A stretch of DNA of 64,000 bases. It comes from Candidatus Poribacteria bacterium (GTDB lineage: Bacteria; Poribacteria; WGA-4E; WGA-3G). The position numbers and the translations under genes are program-made. Below, one piece after another: positions 61,211 through 64,000 of this stretch (the first letter of the stretch is position 1; the number at the start of each line of letters is the position of its first letter). The notes under the pieces are model-generated. The model had not been told where the DNA came from, searched no databases, and saw only the letters and a list, made by a program, of their open reading frames with translations. The stretch is taken from contig OZ243938.1 in NCBI GenBank assembly GCA_965214095.1, positions 1,344,001-1,408,000 on the forward strand, read 5' to 3'.

Positions 61211-61481
61211 CTTACATTCCTTGCTTAGAATTGGTATAATCATTAGTTGAATGCAATCATAAAAATATTTACTATTCTTGAGTCATCTCAAACCCACAGA
61301 TAGTAGACCAACTTCATGAGTCGGCAATTATAATTTGTCCAATGAGAAGTTTGATGGTATAATCTATAACGTACAAAATGTAAACCTATTGCTCTGTTTT
61401 ACGTTAGAAAAAGTAATCATCTGATTAATCATTTCAGTATCAATTAGACTATTTAGGAGGAACTATTTTGTAGAATTACAA

Positions 61482-62630
61482 GTGTTTTTCTACGAATTAA
61501 ATCGTACTTTTATGTTAAGATATTTCACACTGCTCGTATGGATTATATTCTTTATTCCAAGCACACTTCTTGCAGGTCCAGGACGAACCGGTGCTCAAAT
61601 ACTCAACTTAGGTGGTGGGGCTCGCGCAAGAGCATTAGGTGACGCTTTTTCAGCAATGTCAGGAGATGTTACCACCTCCCTGTGGAATCCAAGCGGGTTG
61701 GCGATGATGCCTGAAAGTAAACTACGCAACGGGAAAACTGCAACGCAGGCTTCTTTGTTTTACACCGATTACAGTGCCCCATTTGGAGAAGCGGGTGAAG
61801 GATTATACTATACTTTCGTATCAGGTGCAATGCCACTCGGTGAATTTGGAACTGTGGGTGCTACACTACAATTGCAGGGGCAAGGCACTATTGCTGTAAC
61901 ATCTGATTCACCTGATGTCCTACGAGAGGAAAATCTCGGTACAAATATGGCACTGACACTATCCTACGCAGACATAATTACCGAAAACTTGTATGCAGGA
62001 ATTAATGGAAAAATGATACGCATGGTACTCGGAAGAGAAAATGGTAGTTCCTACGCACTCGATTTTGGTTTTCAATACCACCTTCCAATAGATTTCATCC
62101 CTACAACACTTGGATTCGCTATTCAGAACATAGGGCCCGGAATCTCATTTATTGATGAAAACCAAGCCGACCCATTACCAAGAATGTTTAGAGTTGGAAC
62201 ATCCATGAGTTTATACCATGATAGGTTCAACCATCTCCGTATCGTCAGTGGACTTACTGCCTATGTTGATAAGTTAGTAGAAGATGAAGTGGAATTAGAA
62301 GCAGACTTGGAACGACTCAATGCTGAACGTGCAGAGGACGATCAACTTACAAAAGGGCAGCTGCTTTCCGATAGAGGCGTTGGGATCCGAGCATTTGAGT
62401 GGCGGCACCTACAAAAGAACCTTGGTTTAGAGTATTGGCTTGGAAACCTATTAGCATTGAGGGTGGGATACAAAAATGAACCAGGGATTAATCTCCCAAA
62501 CCTCATTGATCACATTACATACGGCATAGGTGTAAAAGTTTATCTGTTTAATCTTGACTTGACCTATGGGCCTCGGTTTGGACCCAACCAACAAAGATTG
62601 ATTGAAGCAACAGGGGTCGTAGTATTTTAA
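61482..62630 (+). CDS. PorV/PorQ-like outer-membrane beta-barrel
   Basis: Signal peptide (start may be 61512); GARARALG, LWNPSGLA, QNIGPGISF..QADPLP; ends VVF. Confidence 0.75.
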   Translation: MFFYELNRTFMLRYFTLLVWIIFFIPSTLLAGPGRTGAQILNLGGGARARALGDAFSAMSGDVTTSLWNPSGLAMMPESKLRNGKTATQASLFYTDYSAPFGEAGEGLYYTFVSGAMPLGEFGTVGATLQLQGQGTIAVTSDSPDVLREENLGTNMALTLSYADIITENLYAGINGKMIRMVLGRENGSSYALDFGFQYHLPIDFIPTTLGFAIQNIGPGISFIDENQADPLPRMFRVGTSMSLYHDRFNHLRIVSGLTAYVDKLVEDEVELEADLERLNAERAEDDQLTKGQLLSDRGVGIRAFEWRHLQKNLGLEYWLGNLLALRVGYKNEPGINLPNLIDHITYGIGVKVYLFNLDLTYGPRFGPNQQRLIEATGVVVF

Positions 62631-62656
62631 TTCTATTTATAGGAATATATCAATAA

Positions 62657-63460
62657 GTGAAAGCATACTATACACAAACAATAATTTTATTGTGCATCAT
62701 ATTTTGTCTCACATCTACAATTTGTTTTGCAAACCAATCATATTCCAATTTATTCAGTAACTTCTATTTGAATTCCAACCTTGGAATCCGCGTCTTAACA
62801 GAGCATTCATCAATTGCTATGGCAGCAGAACAGAATATCACTCCTACAAAATCTCCCAATGAAGCATTTCTCTATTCACTCGCAATTCCAGGAATGGGGC
62901 AAATCTACACAGGCGCAAAACATGGCTATATCTATACTGCAGCTGAGGTAGTTCTCCTAACAACCTATTTCTTGCTCCGAAATAATGCAGTGAACACACG
63001 TGATGACTATCGCGATATAGTTCGTCAAAATGTAACATTCATTGGACCAGGATCTTTTGAAAAATGGGACCTCATCGAAGATTTTGAACATGCTACCCAG
63101 TATGAAAACTGGAATCATGTCTACGATTCTGAGCAAACACGGAATCGGACAGGAAAATGGTACTGGAAAGACCTTGACCCAACTTTGAAAGACGAGAAAG
63201 ATTCCACTATTGAGTTTGATTCAAAACATCGTTTAGAAGCCTATGACTTACGTCAAAAAGCAAATGACACATTTCAAACTGCACGCACAATCATTGGTCT
63301 GGTTATCTTAAACCATGTCGTCAGTGCTGTTGAAGCACGGATTACAACCAAACGCCGGAATAAAAAACAGATGGAGTCTGATGGGTTCCAGATTGATGTG
63401 CATACTGATGTATCAAATGGAAGTCTAACGGGTGCGCTTGTCTTTAAGAGAAAGTTCTAA
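62657..63460 (+). CDS. Hypothetical exported/outer-membrane protein
   Basis: Signal peptide; KSP..AFLYSLAIPGMGQIY motif; ends in F. Confidence 0.6.
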   Translation: MKAYYTQTIILLCIIFCLTSTICFANQSYSNLFSNFYLNSNLGIRVLTEHSSIAMAAEQNITPTKSPNEAFLYSLAIPGMGQIYTGAKHGYIYTAAEVVLLTTYFLLRNNAVNTRDDYRDIVRQNVTFIGPGSFEKWDLIEDFEHATQYENWNHVYDSEQTRNRTGKWYWKDLDPTLKDEKDSTIEFDSKHRLEAYDLRQKANDTFQTARTIIGLVILNHVVSAVEARITTKRRNKKQMESDGFQIDVHTDVSNGSLTGALVFKRKF

Positions 63461-64000
63461 ATGGAGAAATCTATGTCATTATCTTTACCAAATCTGTTAG
63501 ACGACCTAAATTCTGTTACTGCAATTCCTATCATTCCTTTCAATGGGAATGAAATTGATTATACCGGACATGCCAAGAACATTGACTATCTCATGACTAA
63601 CAACTACCTTGATGAAGGTCGAAAACGGGTAATCGCAATTGCTGGTACCAGTCTAATCCACCACATATCTGAAAAGGAACAGTTAAAACTCATTGATAAT
63701 ACGGGTAATCAGATGGGTTCAGATGGAATACTGATTTCGGGGATAGTTCCAAACCCAATAAATCAAGCAGGTCAACTGATAGAAGCACAATCTGATTTAA
63801 AAAGACCACCAGATGCATATCTACTGATGCCACTCACCGGAATTAGCAGTCCAGAAGGTATCTATGAACAGTATATGAAATTCGCTGATCACTATGGTAA
63901 TAGTTGTGACGCACGGTTTCTCTACTATTTTCGTCAAAACGCGATTTAGATGCTGTAATCCGTTTGTTGAACGATTCTCCTCATTTTATAGGTGTTAAAA
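63461..64000 (+). pseudogene. Dihydrodipicolinate synthase-family (class I aldolase) protein, frameshifted at A4 (63936-63939), runs off window
   Basis: TAIPIIPF..IDY, AGTS, FLYY. Adding one A gives RQKRDLDAVIRLLNDSPHFIGVK, which includes the Schiff-base GxK motif. Confidence 0.7.

Noticed and set aside
1-64000. tRNA, rRNA, prophage or integrase
   Set aside because: No cloverleaf, rRNA-like segment, phage structural gene or recombinase was recognised by eye. A tRNAscan/Infernal run would be needed to exclude small RNAs fully.

Overview
AT-rich bacterial chromosomal window, most consistent with Candidatus Poribacteria or a related FCB-like diderm. This is an inference from LamG/cohesin/dockerin/FlgD-type CTD proteins, PhyH paralogs, an Rpn nuclease and short C-terminal GKxLxxWxxxK tails. 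The backbone is housekeeping and envelope genes: trpA, rfbA, secA, sppA, an msbA-like ABC transporter, larC, recQ, and a long minus-strand run lnt-prfB(+1 frameshift)-lysS-lolC/E-lolD-ilvE-bamA-skp-lpxD-UbiA(DGGGP synthase-like)-trmH. Accessory genes interrupt this backbone. Highlights: (1) four tandem secreted beta-helix proteins between prfB and lysS that all end in the same short C-terminal motif, in a window that also has two PorV/PorQ-like barrels and a protein with a T9SS/FlgD-type CTD, suggesting a T9SS-like sorting system with a second, short signal; (2) a PhyH pair, one with a halogenase-like HxG motif and one lacking both iron-binding His; (3) an Rpn nuclease with a perfect intragenic SD+ATG (RpnL/RpnS-type toxin-antitoxin); (4) a sigma-70 factor with a tandem degenerate copy of regions 1.2-2; (5) a DGGGP synthase-like UbiA gene after lpxD; (6) a 1055-codon modular protease gene split by one in-frame TAG; (7) at least five GTAG-REP families, MITE-like elements and IS1/IS3 remnants. 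No rRNA, tRNA or CRISPR array was seen. All calls come from reading motifs by eye; no database search was run.
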